Below are positions 1 through 9,850 of a stretch of 35,964 bases of DNA, piece after piece. The notes beneath the pieces are model-generated. The model was not told the origin of the DNA, did not search any database, and was given only the letters and a program-made list of their open reading frames with translations. The stretch is from an uncultured Methanosarcinales archaeon (GTDB lineage: Archaea > Nanobdellota > Nanobdellia > Woesearchaeales > CAZPJY01), in contig CAZPJY010000019.1 of NCBI GenBank assembly GCA_964587045.1, forward strand, positions 1 through 35,964, given 5' to 3'. The position numbers and the translations under genes are program-made. Numbering within the stretch: the first letter of the stretch is position 1; each line of letters starts with the position of its first letter.

Positions 1-2445
1 GCTGATGTCGAAGGCGAGACATGGATTGTCGCCAAGAACCTCGCTGGGGTGCTGATAGGTGGCGTCGCCAACAAGAAGTTCACCATACTCGAAGAATTCA
101 AGGGGACCAAGCTGAAAGGCCTGGAATACGAACACCCGCTTGCCGACCAGCTCCCGATCTACAAGGAGGTCGCAAAACTCTCCACCAAAGGCCCTATACA
201 CCGGGTAGTGCTGAGCGACGAATATGTTGACACAACCGCGGGTTCTGGCCTGGTTCACATGGCCCCGGGATGCGGTCCTGAGGACTACGAGGTAGGCCAC
301 CGCGAAGGCATCCCACCCTTCAACAACCTCGACGAGGAAGGCGTGTTCCCCAAAGAGATGGGCCCGTTCAAGGGCTACAGGGCCAGGGTAGAAGACAGCA
401 AGTTCATAGACGCCCTGGACAAGGCCGGGGCGCTGATAGCGACCACACAGGTGGAGCATGACTATGCCCACTGCTGGAGGTGCAAGAATGGTGTGGTCTT
501 TAGGACGACGAAGCAGTGGTTCTTCAAGGTGGAAGACCTAAAGGAGAAGATGCGAAAGCTCAACAAGAAGGTCACCTGGCAGCCGGACTGGGCGGGAAGC
601 AGGCAGATGGACACATGGCTGGACAACCTCAGGGACAACGGAATCACGCGCCAGAGGTACTGGGGAAGCCCGGTCCCCATCTGGGTATGCGACAAGTGCG
701 ACGGCTATCATGTGGTTGGATCGGTCGCAGAGCTTGAGAAGCTGGCTGGCCGGCTCCCTGAAGACCTCCACAAGCCGTACATTGACGAGGTTACCTTCCC
801 CTGCACCAAAAAAGGATGCAAGGGCAAAATGACCCGGATACCGGACATACTTGATGTGTGGATTGACGCAGGGACCAACTCATGGACCTGCCTGGACTAC
901 CCCGAACGCAAAGACCTCTTAAAACGCCTCTACCCGGTTGATTTCATCCTCGAGGGCAAGGACCAGATCAGGGGTTGGTTCAACATGCTATTCGTGGCCT
1001 CCATGATAGGTTTCGACAAGCACTGCTACAGCGCCTGCTACATGCATGGGTTCGTGCAGGACGCCCAGGGCAGGAAGATGTCCAAATCCCTCGGAAACCA
1101 GATCTCACCCTACGAGGTCGTCGACGAGTTGGGTGCAGATGCCCTGCGCTACTACATGATCGGCGGCGCCAACCCAGGCATCGACATCAACTACAACCCC
1201 GACGACGCAAAGTTAAAGCACAGGAATCTGAGCATACTCTGGAATCTCAAGAACCTCCTGCTGAACCTTTCAAAGCTTGGGGGGGTCAACCCTTACGAGC
1301 TCGAGGGCAAGTTCCTCTCCAAGGACTTTTCGCTCGAGGAGAAGTACATGTTCTCGGTCCTGAATTCTGGCATTAAGGACGCGACCGAGCAGTTTGAGCA
1401 GTACAGGCTAAACGAGATACCCTGGACTGTGGAGAGGATCTTCCTCGAACTGTCGCGAACGTACATGCAGCTTGTGAGGGAAAAGAGCGTCTCCGGGAGC
1501 GAAGAGGAGAGGAACCTGGTATTGTACACTGTTTCCAAGGTGCTGGACACTGTCATAGTCCTGTTCGCACCAGTAGCGCCCTTCATATCCGAGGCCATAT
1601 ACCTCGAGATGAGGAAGGCATTCGACCTCGAGGAGGAAAGCGTCCATCTGCAGGATTGGCCTAAAGCAGATGAGACCATGATAGATGTCAAGCTCGAGGA
1701 GAAGTTTGCCTACGCGCAGCAGACCATCCAGGCAATTCTTCATGCCCGCGAGAAAGCCCAGCTGGGGGTCAGATGGCCTGTGAAGGAGGTAGTCGTCGTA
1801 ACCGAGGACAATGATATCAAGTCTTCGCTTGAGAACTTGATGGATCTCATCAGTATACAGACCAACGTGAAGAGGATTCTTTTCCTGGATTCTTTCCACA
1901 AGGCCAAGCTGAGCGTGAAGCCTGATTTCAAGAAGCTCGCCCCGGATTTCGGCGAGCTCACACCAAAGATCATCGCCAAGCTAGCCGCCGAGAGCCAGGA
2001 CGCCATAGTAAAACACCTCCGTAGGGAGGGCAAGTTCTCTTTTAACCTGGACGGCAAAGATGTTTCAGTGCGGGAGGAGCATCTCATAATTGGCAAAGTG
2101 CTCCCTCCACAATTCTTCGAGAGTGATACTCCCTTCGGCAGCATCTATCTCGACGCTGAAAGGACTGAAGAGTTGGAGTCTGAAGGGTTTGCGCGTGAAG
2201 TCGTCAGGAGGGTCCAGGCTCTCAGGAAGGAGGCAGGTCTAGAGCGAAAGGACAGGGTAAATCTCTTCATCAAAGCAGAGCCTGAGGAGCAGCGCATGCT
2301 CAATAAGCACGAGGCCTCCATAAAGGAGCGTTGCGGGATCGTGACCTTGAAGATTTCTGAATACGACCCTAGCCACAAGCACAAGCATACAGCAAGGCAT
2401 AAGGTCAAAAAGTGGGTTGTGGAGCTCCACATGGAGAAGGTCTGA
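1..2445 (+). CDS. ileS: Isoleucyl-tRNA synthetase, archaeal/eukaryote-type (5' end lies outside the window)
   Basis: Frame open from base 1. Motifs GSGLVHMAP..G.ED, HCWRC, RQRYWG.P.PIW, EGKDQ.RGWF and KMSKS, then an anticodon-binding domain and C-terminal EG.ARE..RRVQ..RK. Confidence 0.95.
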   Translation, partial: ADVEGETWIVAKNLAGVLIGGVANKKFTILEEFKGTKLKGLEYEHPLADQLPIYKEVAKLSTKGPIHRVVLSDEYVDTTAGSGLVHMAPGCGPEDYEVGHREGIPPFNNLDEEGVFPKEMGPFKGYRARVEDSKFIDALDKAGALIATTQVEHDYAHCWRCKNGVVFRTTKQWFFKVEDLKEKMRKLNKKVTWQPDWAGSRQMDTWLDNLRDNGITRQRYWGSPVPIWVCDKCDGYHVVGSVAELEKLAGRLPEDLHKPYIDEVTFPCTKKGCKGKMTRIPDILDVWIDAGTNSWTCLDYPERKDLLKRLYPVDFILEGKDQIRGWFNMLFVASMIGFDKHCYSACYMHGFVQDAQGRKMSKSLGNQISPYEVVDELGADALRYYMIGGANPGIDINYNPDDAKLKHRNLSILWNLKNLLLNLSKLGGVNPYELEGKFLSKDFSLEEKYMFSVLNSGIKDATEQFEQYRLNEIPWTVERIFLELSRTYMQLVREKSVSGSEEERNLVLYTVSKVLDTVIVLFAPVAPFISEAIYLEMRKAFDLEEESVHLQDWPKADETMIDVKLEEKFAYAQQTIQAILHAREKAQLGVRWPVKEVVVVTEDNDIKSSLENLMDLISIQTNVKRILFLDSFHKAKLSVKPDFKKLAPDFGELTPKIIAKLAAESQDAIVKHLRREGKFSFNLDGKDVSVREEHLIIGKVLPPQFFESDTPFGSIYLDAERTEELESEGFAREVVRRVQALRKEAGLERKDRVNLFIKAEPEEQRMLNKHEASIKERCGIVTLKISEYDPSHKHKHTARHKVKKWVVELHMEKV

Positions 2446-2536
2446 CACTGGACACTGGACATCTTCATGTGAACTATATAAACTTTGACTGCCATCATCA
2501 AGCTATGATAATAAATTTTCAGCTTTGGTGATATGA

Positions 2537-3004
2537 ATGGTAAAAAAGATTTCCAAGGACACCCCGCTTGCCGAGATAACTCTGAGGAGGTACGAGCAGC
2601 CGCAGAATCTGGGCGATAGGGAACTCGTAAAGAAGCTGTGCCTCTCAATGGGACTCCTGCAGCCAGGGGACTCGAGGGATGTTATCGTCGACGTGCTTCA
2701 CGTTCTCCTCAGCGGGCGTAGCACAGGCAAGCACCTGACCAGCGAGGAAGTGCGGGAATTGGTCATAAAGAACCGCAAGTCGCACAATGTTGAACTGCTC
2801 GGAATCGCCTCTTCTAATATCAGGAGACAGCTCAAGCGATTGCGTGACGTCTTCTTGGTCGAGAAGGTCAAGAACCAGTACAGGATTACCGAATTTGCAA
2901 GCCTTGAAGGGGCGTTCAAGGAGAGGTTCGAACGGTACCTGCTTCCATCCATAACCGAGAGGGTGACGGACTACCTCAAAGCTGCAGATGAGCGTTTCGA
3001 ATGA
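2537..3004 (+). CDS. Winged-helix DNA-binding protein, paralog of 4480..4881
   Basis: LTSEEV...SSNIRRQLKRLRDVFLVEK..NQYRI recognition helix and wing; TATATAAA at 2475-2482; SD-like GGTGA upstream. Confidence 0.7.
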   Translation: MVKKISKDTPLAEITLRRYEQPQNLGDRELVKKLCLSMGLLQPGDSRDVIVDVLHVLLSGRSTGKHLTSEEVRELVIKNRKSHNVELLGIASSNIRRQLKRLRDVFLVEKVKNQYRITEFASLEGAFKERFERYLLPSITERVTDYLKAADERFE

Positions 3005-3035
3005 AATAAATACGACCGCAGATTTACCCTTGCTC

Positions 3036-4184
3036 ATGGATGTTTATGAGCCCAGGGAGGATTCTTTTGCATTGGCTGAATTAGTGAAGCAGCTCGCAAG
3101 AGGCAGGGTTCTGGACATGGGCACAGGCACGGGCATACTTGCCAAGGCGGCAAAGGAGGGAAGCGCAACTTCTGTGACCGGGGCAGACCTCAACCCGGCA
3201 GCCATAGCTCACTGCGAGAAGGATCCAACCCTGAAAGGAATCAAGTTCGTCCTGACCAACCTGTTCGAATCCGTCGACGATATGTATGACACAATAATCT
3301 TCAACCCGCCCTACCTGCCGGCTGAAGCGCCTCCAGATATCGCGCTCGATGGCGGCACGAACGGCTATGAAGTGATGGTCAGATTCATCGAGCAGTGCGG
3401 CCCCCACCTCTCGGACGACGGTCAGGTGTTGTTCCTGATCAGCACCCGCACCGGACGGGGGAAGGTGGAGCAGTCACTTGCAGATTACATGTTCTCTTTT
3501 TCAGTTATCAAGGAGATGCCGTTGGATTTCGAAAGACTCCTGGTTTACCGCGCCGTGCGTTCCGGTATGTATAAGGAATTGAGGGCGAAGGGTGTGAGCG
3601 ATATAAGGTACTTTGCTCACGGAAAGAGAGGGGTAATCTTCACAGGTACATACAAAGCCATGAGGGTCGCGATAAAGACCAAAAGGGCTGAGAGCGGAGC
3701 ATTTGGGGCGGTAGAAAACGAAATCCGTATGCTAAGAAAGGTCAATGAGGCAGGAATCGGGCCCAAATTGCTCTTCCCAGGCGAGGGGTACCTGTGCTAC
3801 ATCTTCGTCGAGGGAGAACCCGTTCTTGACTACCTCTCAAAGGCCAAGCAGCCCTTTCCGGTCCTAGAGGCACTGCTTGAGCAGTGTAGGGTCCTCGACT
3901 CCATGGGAATCGCAAAAGAAGAGATGCATCATCCCCAAAAGCATGTGCTGGTCTCAGAAAGCGGACCAGTGCTCATCGATTTTGAGAGGGGCCGATTCAC
4001 AGAAAAACCGCAGAACGTTACCCAACTCTGCCAGTTCCTGAGCGGAGTGCACGTACGCCAAGCGACTCGTAAAAAGCTATCAAGGCTCAAGCTTTCAAAG
4101 CTCGCAAGGCTGTACTCAAATGATCCGGCTTGCTTTGGGAAAATTGTTGAATACGTCGAGAGGGTGTTCGGCAATGGTCACTGA
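3036..4184 (+). CDS. HemK2/PrmC-like SAM methyltransferase fused to a C-terminal protein-kinase-like domain
   Basis: N-terminal YEPREDS, LDMGTGTG, NPPY, DGG..G; C-terminal GKRGVIF, AIK, E, IDFE. Start moved to ATG 3036. Confidence 0.85.
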   Translation: MDVYEPREDSFALAELVKQLARGRVLDMGTGTGILAKAAKEGSATSVTGADLNPAAIAHCEKDPTLKGIKFVLTNLFESVDDMYDTIIFNPPYLPAEAPPDIALDGGTNGYEVMVRFIEQCGPHLSDDGQVLFLISTRTGRGKVEQSLADYMFSFSVIKEMPLDFERLLVYRAVRSGMYKELRAKGVSDIRYFAHGKRGVIFTGTYKAMRVAIKTKRAESGAFGAVENEIRMLRKVNEAGIGPKLLFPGEGYLCYIFVEGEPVLDYLSKAKQPFPVLEALLEQCRVLDSMGIAKEEMHHPQKHVLVSESGPVLIDFERGRFTEKPQNVTQLCQFLSGVHVRQATRKKLSRLKLSKLARLYSNDPACFGKIVEYVERVFGNGH

Positions 4185-4488
4185 ATTCCAAATGAGGGTG
4201 TATGACCTGACCTCCAAGATCCCAAAAGGCAAGGTGTCAACTTATGGAGATTTGGCGAAGAAACTCAACATCAGTTCGGCGCAGGCGGTCGGACAGGCCT
4301 TGAGACGCAATCCCTATGCGCCGAAAGTCCCATGCCACAGGGTGGTCGCAAGCGACGGATCGATTGGCGGATTTGGTGGATGCATGAGCGGAAGACACAT
4401 CAGGGAGAAGATCGCACTCCTGAAAAAGGAGGGTGTAAAAGTCGCAGGGGGACGGGTATTGGATTTCGAGAAGGTTAGGTTACTTTAA
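4174..4488 (+). CDS. ogt: Methylated-DNA-protein-cysteine methyltransferase (MGMT/Ogt family, C-terminal domain only)
   Basis: IPKGKVSTYGDLA, AVGQAL..NP and PCHRVV active-site motif; start ATG 4174. Confidence 0.9.
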   Translation: MVTEFQMRVYDLTSKIPKGKVSTYGDLAKKLNISSAQAVGQALRRNPYAPKVPCHRVVASDGSIGGFGGCMSGRHIREKIALLKKEGVKVAGGRVLDFEKVRLL

Positions 4489-4881
4489 TGTGTCATCTAT
4501 GTTTTCAGCGATCTTCTTCAGGTTTTGGAGCGTGTGGGAAACGTCCCTCTCGACTTCTTCAATCAGTATTTTTAGGTCCTGCACCCTCATGTAATACATG
4601 TTTCCGCGGGTCACGACTATTCCAGCCCCTTGAAGCTTGTGCAGGTGGTGGACCACAGTGCCTCGCGAGAGGTGGAGCAGGTCTGCTAATTGATCGCTTG
4701 TGAGTCCTTTGCCGATCTTAGCACTCTTCAGGAGGGTTATGAAAACCCTGAAGCACGATTTATCCTTGTCTCTAAGGTTGAAGAGGCCCAATGAGTGTCC
4801 CAGCCACTGCAGTTGCGCGTTGATATTGGGTTCGGGCTGCCCCCTCCGGATCAATGTGATTTTGTAGTGTTCATAGCGCAT
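4480..4881 (-). CDS. ArsR-like winged-helix transcriptional regulator, divergent from the chaperone operon
   Basis: LTSDQLADLLHLSRGTVVHHLHKLQGAGIV helix-turn-helix; ATG 4881 lies about 25 nt downstream of a minus-strand TATA. Confidence 0.85.
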   Translation of the reverse strand: MRYEHYKITLIRRGQPEPNINAQLQWLGHSLGLFNLRDKDKSCFRVFITLLKSAKIGKGLTSDQLADLLHLSRGTVVHHLHKLQGAGIVVTRGNMYYMRVQDLKILIEEVERDVSHTLQNLKKIAENIDDTLK

Positions 4882-4904
4882 AATCAAGTGAGTGATGGAA
4901 GAAA

Positions 4905-4920
4905 TTTAAATACTTTTTCC
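4905..4920 (-). promoter_or_regulatory. BRE/TATA promoter of the wHTH gene
   Basis: Minus strand GGAAAAAG-TATTTAAA, about 24 nt upstream of ATG 4881. Confidence 0.6.
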
Positions 4921-4934
4921 GAAAAATTTATATA
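4921..4934 (+). promoter_or_regulatory. BRE/TATA promoter of the hsp20-grpE-dnaK operon
   Basis: GAAAAA-TTTATATA about 50 nt upstream of the hsp20 ATG; SD GGAGG just before the start. Confidence 0.75.
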
Positions 4935-4939
4935 GGAGA

Positions 4940-4976
4940 GTTGATTCCACTTCAACATCGTTGATTTAAGGTCAAC
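4940..4976. promoter_or_regulatory. Tandem palindromic operator, 2 x GTTGA-N7-TCAAC
   Basis: GTTGAttccactTCAAC (4940-4956) and GTTGAtttaaggTCAAC (4960-4976), 20-bp period, directly downstream of the TATA box. Confidence 0.75.
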
Positions 4977-4984
4977 AAGGAGGG

Positions 4985-5407
4985 ATGAAGATGAGATGGT
5001 ATTATGACGATTTTGACGAATTTTTTAACAGGATGCTGAAGGCAGGCGGATACGACCTCATTGAGGGTCCGAGCAATAAGGTTTCCAATAAGGTCAGGTG
5101 TCCAGTCTCGGACATCAGGGAGACCGAGACCTCAGTTTTAGCTGCCATAGAGCTGCCGGGTGTAAGAAAGGAAGACATAAAGCTTCAGGTGACCGACACA
5201 TACGTTGAAGTCAAGGTTGACACAAAGATCGAAGCCAATGATGAGAATTCTTTCTCCAGGCTTTCGAGGAGCTTCTTCCGAAGATTGCCCATACCAACTG
5301 AGGTGGACGCAAAGAAGGCAGAAGCGTCTTTTGAAAATGGCATACTGAGGGTGTCAATACCAAAAAAACAAGCTGAAAGCAACACCTGGGATGTTGACAT
5401 AAAGTGA
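4985..5407 (+). CDS. hsp20: Small heat-shock protein (Hsp20/alpha-crystallin family)
   Basis: DI.ET....ELPGVRKEDI, F.R...P.EVD...A.ASFENGIL.V.IPK. Confidence 0.93.
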   Translation: MKMRWYYDDFDEFFNRMLKAGGYDLIEGPSNKVSNKVRCPVSDIRETETSVLAAIELPGVRKEDIKLQVTDTYVEVKVDTKIEANDENSFSRLSRSFFRRLPIPTEVDAKKAEASFENGILRVSIPKKQAESNTWDVDIK

Positions 5408-5413
5408 TGCCCA

Positions 5414-5848
5414 TTGACCAAGAAAAAACAACACAAGTACTCCAACGAAGAGCTCGTTGAGCACCTTCAGCGGCTGCAGGCAGAGTTCGAGAACTTCAAA
5501 AGGAGGACCGAAAAAGACGCCCAGCAGTTCAGATCCTTCGCGAACACTGATATCATAAGCAAGCTCCTTCCAGTAATTGATAACTTCGAGCGGGCACTCG
5601 ACCATGCACCATCCGATGAGTTCGCGAAAGGTGTGAGGATGGTCTTCGACCAGCTGATGTCCTTGCTAACAGAGGAAGGCCTGGAGATTATCAATCCTAA
5701 AGGGTTGGAGTTTGATCCAAAATATCACGAGGCCTTGATGGTGGAGGAATCCAAAGATAAATCAGGGCGAATAATCGAAGTTTTTGAGAAAGGATACAAA
5801 TTCAACGGGCAGCTCATGAGGGCTGCAAAGGTAAAAGTTGCAAAATAA
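5414..5848 (+). CDS. grpE: Nucleotide exchange factor GrpE
   Basis: RLQAEFENFKRR, LLPVIDNFERA, FDP..HEA, KGY...R.AKV.V; TTG start. Confidence 0.95.
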   Translation: MTKKKQHKYSNEELVEHLQRLQAEFENFKRRTEKDAQQFRSFANTDIISKLLPVIDNFERALDHAPSDEFAKGVRMVFDQLMSLLTEEGLEIINPKGLEFDPKYHEALMVEESKDKSGRIIEVFEKGYKFNGQLMRAAKVKVAK

Positions 5849-5860
5849 GGAGGAATGAAA

Positions 5861-7696
5861 ATGGCAAAAGTAATTGGAATCGATCTCGGAACAACATTCT
5901 CAGCAGTGGCTGTGATGGAAGGAGGGAAACCTGTAATTATCCCAAACGCCGAAGGCTCTCGAACAACACCTAGCGTCGCTACTGTGTCAAAAGAAGGCGA
6001 AAGAATAGTGGGGCAGGTCGCGAGGAATCAAGCTATCACGAATCCAGAACACACTGTTAGGAGCATCAAACGGCACATGGGTGAGGACTTCAAGGTAAAA
6101 ATATTTGACAAGGAATACACACCCCAAGAGATTTCAGCGATGATCCTGCAGAAGCTGAAAACAGATGCCGAGGCATATCTTGGCCAGAAGGTCACCAAGG
6201 CAGTGATCACGACTCCTGCGTATTTCAGCGACGCTCAGCGTCAGGCCACTAAGGATGCTGGTAAGATCGCGGGTCTCGAAGTGTTGAGGATCATCAACGA
6301 GCCGACCGCGGCAAGCCTGGCTTACGGTCTGGATAAGGGTAAGGAACAGACGATAATGGTCTTCGACTTCGGTGGCGGTACCTTCGATGTTTCAATACTG
6401 GAGCTGGGCGACGGAGTGTTTGAGGTCAAAGCCACCAATGGAAACAACCATCTGGGCGGAGATGACATTGACGACCTGATAATCGACTGGCTGGCTAGTG
6501 AGTTCAAAAAAGAGCAGGGAATCGACCTGAGAGAGGATAAGACCGCCCTACAGCGTCTCAAAGAGGCGGCGGAGAAGGCAAAGATCGAGCTCTCAAGCAA
6601 GCAGAGCGCGACAATCAACCTACCTTTCATCACAGCAGGAAAGGAAGGGCCAAAGCATCTCAACATGGAGCTCTCCCGGGCAAAATTAGAGCAGATGATT
6701 TCCCCCATTCTGGATAAGCTGGAGGGTCCGACCAAGCAGGCGATAAAAGATGCCAAGCTGGATACGTCAAAAATTGACAAGATAATCTTCGTTGGCGGCT
6801 CAACCAGGATACCTGCTGTCGAGAGGATGGTGAAAACCCTCACTGGCAAGGAAGGAGACAAGTCTGTGAATCCCGACGAGGCCGTCGCGCTTGGCGCTGC
6901 AATTCAAGCTGGAATCCTGGCAGGTGACGTCAAGGACGTGCTCCTGCTGGACGTAACACCACTCTCGCTGGGAATCGAGACGCTTGGTGGAGTGTTCACC
7001 AAACTCATAGATAAGAACACGACTATTCCAACCAAGAAGAGTCAGATATTCTCGACCGCTGCAGACAACCAAACAGCAGTGACGATCCGCGTCGGCCAAG
7101 GTGAAAGGCCCATGTTCGCGGACAACAAGCTTTTGGGACAGTTTGACCTAGTTGGAATCCCGCCCGCTCCGCGGGGCATACCCCAAATTGAGGTTACATT
7201 CGACATCGACGCAAACGGCATCGTCCACGTGAACGCAAAGGATCTCGGCACAGGCAAGGAGCAGCAGATAACCATAACATCCACAACCAACCTCAACGAC
7301 GACGAGGTTGAAAAGATGCAGAAAGAAGCTGAGAAGTACGCCGAGTCGGACAAGAAGCGAAAGGAAGAGGTTGAAGTGCTCAACAACGCCGAAACCTTGG
7401 TCTACTCGACAGAGAAGCTGTTCAAGGAGATGGAAGGAAAGATCGACAAGTCCAAGATTTCAACGGTACAGAAGATGATCGATGAGCTCAAAGACCTGCT
7501 TAAGCCTGAGAAGAAGGATGTCGACGCCATCAAGAAGAAGATGGATGAGATCAACGAGAAGGTACAAGCCATCTCTACAGAGCTCTACCAAAAGGTTGCC
7601 CAGGAGCAGCAGGCGAAAAAACCAAAGCCTGAGAAGGAAGCGAAGGGTGATGGTCCTACAGTCGACGCTGAATTCAAGGAGAAAGGTAAGAAATGA
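5861..7696 (+). CDS. dnaK: Chaperone DnaK (Hsp70)
   Basis: [55 protein letters not shown] spacing favours ATG 5861. Confidence 0.98.
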   Translation: MAKVIGIDLGTTFSAVAVMEGGKPVIIPNAEGSRTTPSVATVSKEGERIVGQVARNQAITNPEHTVRSIKRHMGEDFKVKIFDKEYTPQEISAMILQKLKTDAEAYLGQKVTKAVITTPAYFSDAQRQATKDAGKIAGLEVLRIINEPTAASLAYGLDKGKEQTIMVFDFGGGTFDVSILELGDGVFEVKATNGNNHLGGDDIDDLIIDWLASEFKKEQGIDLREDKTALQRLKEAAEKAKIELSSKQSATINLPFITAGKEGPKHLNMELSRAKLEQMISPILDKLEGPTKQAIKDAKLDTSKIDKIIFVGGSTRIPAVERMVKTLTGKEGDKSVNPDEAVALGAAIQAGILAGDVKDVLLLDVTPLSLGIETLGGVFTKLIDKNTTIPTKKSQIFSTAADNQTAVTIRVGQGERPMFADNKLLGQFDLVGIPPAPRGIPQIEVTFDIDANGIVHVNAKDLGTGKEQQITITSTTNLNDDEVEKMQKEAEKYAESDKKRKEEVEVLNNAETLVYSTEKLFKEMEGKIDKSKISTVQKMIDELKDLLKPEKKDVDAIKKKMDEINEKVQAISTELYQKVAQEQQAKKPKPEKEAKGDGPTVDAEFKEKGKK

Positions 7697-8220
7697 TCCC
7701 AACCACAAAGCTCGTCTACAGCTGGGCGTACAACCGGGAGCTCAACCCCGGCCTGCCCGACGAGGAGGTCAGCGAGAGGTTTGTCAGGCTGAAGATAGAC
7801 TGCAAGAGGTTCGAAGAGATTTACAATCAGTCCATCAGTGACATCCTCGAATCGATTCCCTTGTTTACAGGCTACGATTGGGAGGAGGAATCCATACCGG
7901 TCTATCTAGTAACAAGGGTGAGCGGGGGATCGTTCAGCCTGCCCCTGACCCTGACCTACCACCCGAACGAGAAGATGATGCTTGCGGAGTTGGTCCACGA
8001 GTTGGTACACAGGAACCTGCAGACGCCTTTCCTCAGCGGCGAGCAGAGGGAGGCCTGCACCAACCTGGTGGTCAGGCATGTCATCGGCAAGGTTGGGGTG
8101 TCGCTGTCAAGGGAGCTCGAAACGCTTGACGCAGTCCAAAGGAAAAAGTACCCTGACTTCAAGTGTCCGAGCTGGGACCTCGAGCAGGTCCCGCTAAAGC
8201 AGAGGATTGGACAGAAATGA
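7693..8220 (+). CDS. Hypothetical protein with HExxH motif (putative zinc metalloprotein/peptidase)
   Basis: ELVHELVH plus a downstream Glu; ATGA overlaps with both neighbours. Confidence 0.6.
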   Translation: MIPTTKLVYSWAYNRELNPGLPDEEVSERFVRLKIDCKRFEEIYNQSISDILESIPLFTGYDWEEESIPVYLVTRVSGGSFSLPLTLTYHPNEKMMLAELVHELVHRNLQTPFLSGEQREACTNLVVRHVIGKVGVSLSRELETLDAVQRKKYPDFKCPSWDLEQVPLKQRIGQK

Positions 8221-8693
8221 ACCCGACAGACTGCATAAGGCACCAGAAGAGAACCCTGCGCTTCTCCCCAAAGGATGTCAGCCCCAAACTGTTTGAACAG
8301 CTGGTCGAGAACTCTGGGAGGGAAGGTGTCGAGTTCATAATAATCCAAAACGAGCAGACCAAGCTGGTCCTGTCATCTGATAACTCAGAGAGGGACCCTC
8401 TCTATGAGGCGCCTGTGGTGTTCGCTGTCCTGTCATCCGGCGACCTGGACGGCGCATACCAGGCCGCCCAGGACATAATGCTGCTGGCAGAGGAGCAGGG
8501 GCTGGGCACCAGTTACTTTCCGCACTCTACCGGCCATCATCACGAATTCGAGAATTTGCTGGAAATTCCTCGGGACGTGGTGCTGGTCGGATTCGTAGCG
8601 ATCGGATGGCCTGATAGGGAATCGGTCGCAGAAAGCGTCCACACTGAGGCAACGGTGCACAGCGAAACCTATGGAAGCAATTATAAACTATGA
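8217..8693 (+). CDS. Nitroreductase-family protein, divergent
   Basis: APVVFAV, D...AAQ.IML.A...GLGT, L.IP......VAIGWP; start ATG 8217 overlaps the upstream stop. Confidence 0.7.
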   Translation: MNPTDCIRHQKRTLRFSPKDVSPKLFEQLVENSGREGVEFIIIQNEQTKLVLSSDNSERDPLYEAPVVFAVLSSGDLDGAYQAAQDIMLLAEEQGLGTSYFPHSTGHHHEFENLLEIPRDVVLVGFVAIGWPDRESVAESVHTEATVHSETYGSNYKL

Positions 8694-8710
8694 TCCAAAT
8701 CTGATGAAAA

Positions 8711-9850
8711 ATGGCTAACAAGGACTACTACAAGATTCTCGGCGTTGAAAGGGGCGCGAGCAAGGAGGAAATCAAGAAAGCCTACAAAAAGCTCGCAAAG
8801 AAATACCACCCCGACGTAAACGGCGATGCGGATGCAGCGGAGAAGTTCAAGGAGATAAATGAAGCAGCGTCAGTCCTCGGCGACGACCAAAAACGCGCAC
8901 AGTACGACCAGTTCGGAAGCTCAGGCTCGCAGTTCTCCGGATTTGACTATGGAGGATTCGACTTCTCAAACTTCACTGAAGGCATGGGGGGTTTTGACTT
9001 TGGGGACATATTTGACGCGTTCTTCGGAGGCGGTTTCTCAGGCATGAGGAGTAGGAGGGGACCGAGACGTGGGAGGGATCTTCGCTACGACCTAGAGATA
9101 AACCTTGATGACGCTTACAGGGGAGCTGAAAAAACCATCACGCTGCAGCGTCTGACTAAATGTGAGGTATGCGACGGCACAGGTGCGAGGAGCAAGGCGG
9201 ACATAGAGGAGTGCCCTGACTGCCACGGCACAGGGTACACACAGAGAACGCAGCGCACAATATTCGGAATGATGTCGACCCGCACGTCATGCAGAACATG
9301 CGGCGGCACAGGTACTTACATCACGGCTCCGTGCAGCGCATGCAAGGGGGAGGGCAGGACCCGCCAGTCCTCCGAGATTGAAGTGAAAATACCGGCAGGC
9401 ATCAGCTCTGGCTCGAGATTGAGGATTGTTGGTGGCGGCGAGGCGGGAGAAGCTGGCGCGATGCCCGGTGACCTGTTCATCGTGATTCATGTCAAGAACC
9501 ACCCTCTTTTCGAGCGTCATGGGGATGATATCCTAATGGAAGCCCCAATTTCTTACATCCAGGCCGCTCTCGGTGATGAGATAGATGTACCGACCATCGA
9601 CGGGAAGGCAATCCTAAAGATTCCCGCAGGCACCCAAAGCCATACTGTATTCCGCATGAAGGGCAAGGGCATGCCAAGCATTGAAGGCTACGGCCGGGGA
9701 TCGCAGTTGGTCAGGGTTGTTGTCCAGGTGCCAAAACGGCTCACACCAGACCAAAAGAGGATTCTGAAGGAATTCAGCGACGTGAGTGGGGACAAGGTTA
9801 AAGCACCTCACAAGGGGCTGTTCAAAAAAATCAAAGAGGTGTTTGAATAG
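8711..9850 (+). CDS. dnaJ: Chaperone DnaJ
   Basis: J-domain HPD, G/F region, four CxxCxGxG repeats and the C-terminal domain. Confidence 0.98.
   Translation: MANKDYYKILGVERGASKEEIKKAYKKLAKKYHPDVNGDADAAEKFKEINEAASVLGDDQKRAQYDQFGSSGSQFSGFDYGGFDFSNFTEGMGGFDFGDIFDAFFGGGFSGMRSRRGPRRGRDLRYDLEINLDDAYRGAEKTITLQRLTKCEVCDGTGARSKADIEECPDCHGTGYTQRTQRTIFGMMSTRTSCRTCGGTGTYITAPCSACKGEGRTRQSSEIEVKIPAGISSGSRLRIVGGGEAGEAGAMPGDLFIVIHVKNHPLFERHGDDILMEAPISYIQAALGDEIDVPTIDGKAILKIPAGTQSHTVFRMKGKGMPSIEGYGRGSQLVRVVVQVPKRLTPDQKRILKEFSDVSGDKVKAPHKGLFKKIKEVFE

Noticed and set aside
2444..2461. GACACTG tandem repeat after the ileS stop
   Set aside because: Only about 2.5 copies of 7 nt; no spacers and no further copies.
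2485..2501. TTGA-N9-TCAA after the TATA box of the first wHTH gene as another copy of the heat-shock operator
   Set aside because: Spacer is 9 rather than 7 and the arms are only 4 bp; too weak, though worth including in a motif scan.
4888..4984. CIRCE or HAIR element
   Set aside because: Neither consensus matches; the motif present is different.
5407..5460. ATG overlapping the hsp20 stop, out of frame with grpE, suggesting a frameshift at the A-run
   Set aside because: The in-frame TTG 5414 yields a complete, compact GrpE; no frameshift is needed.
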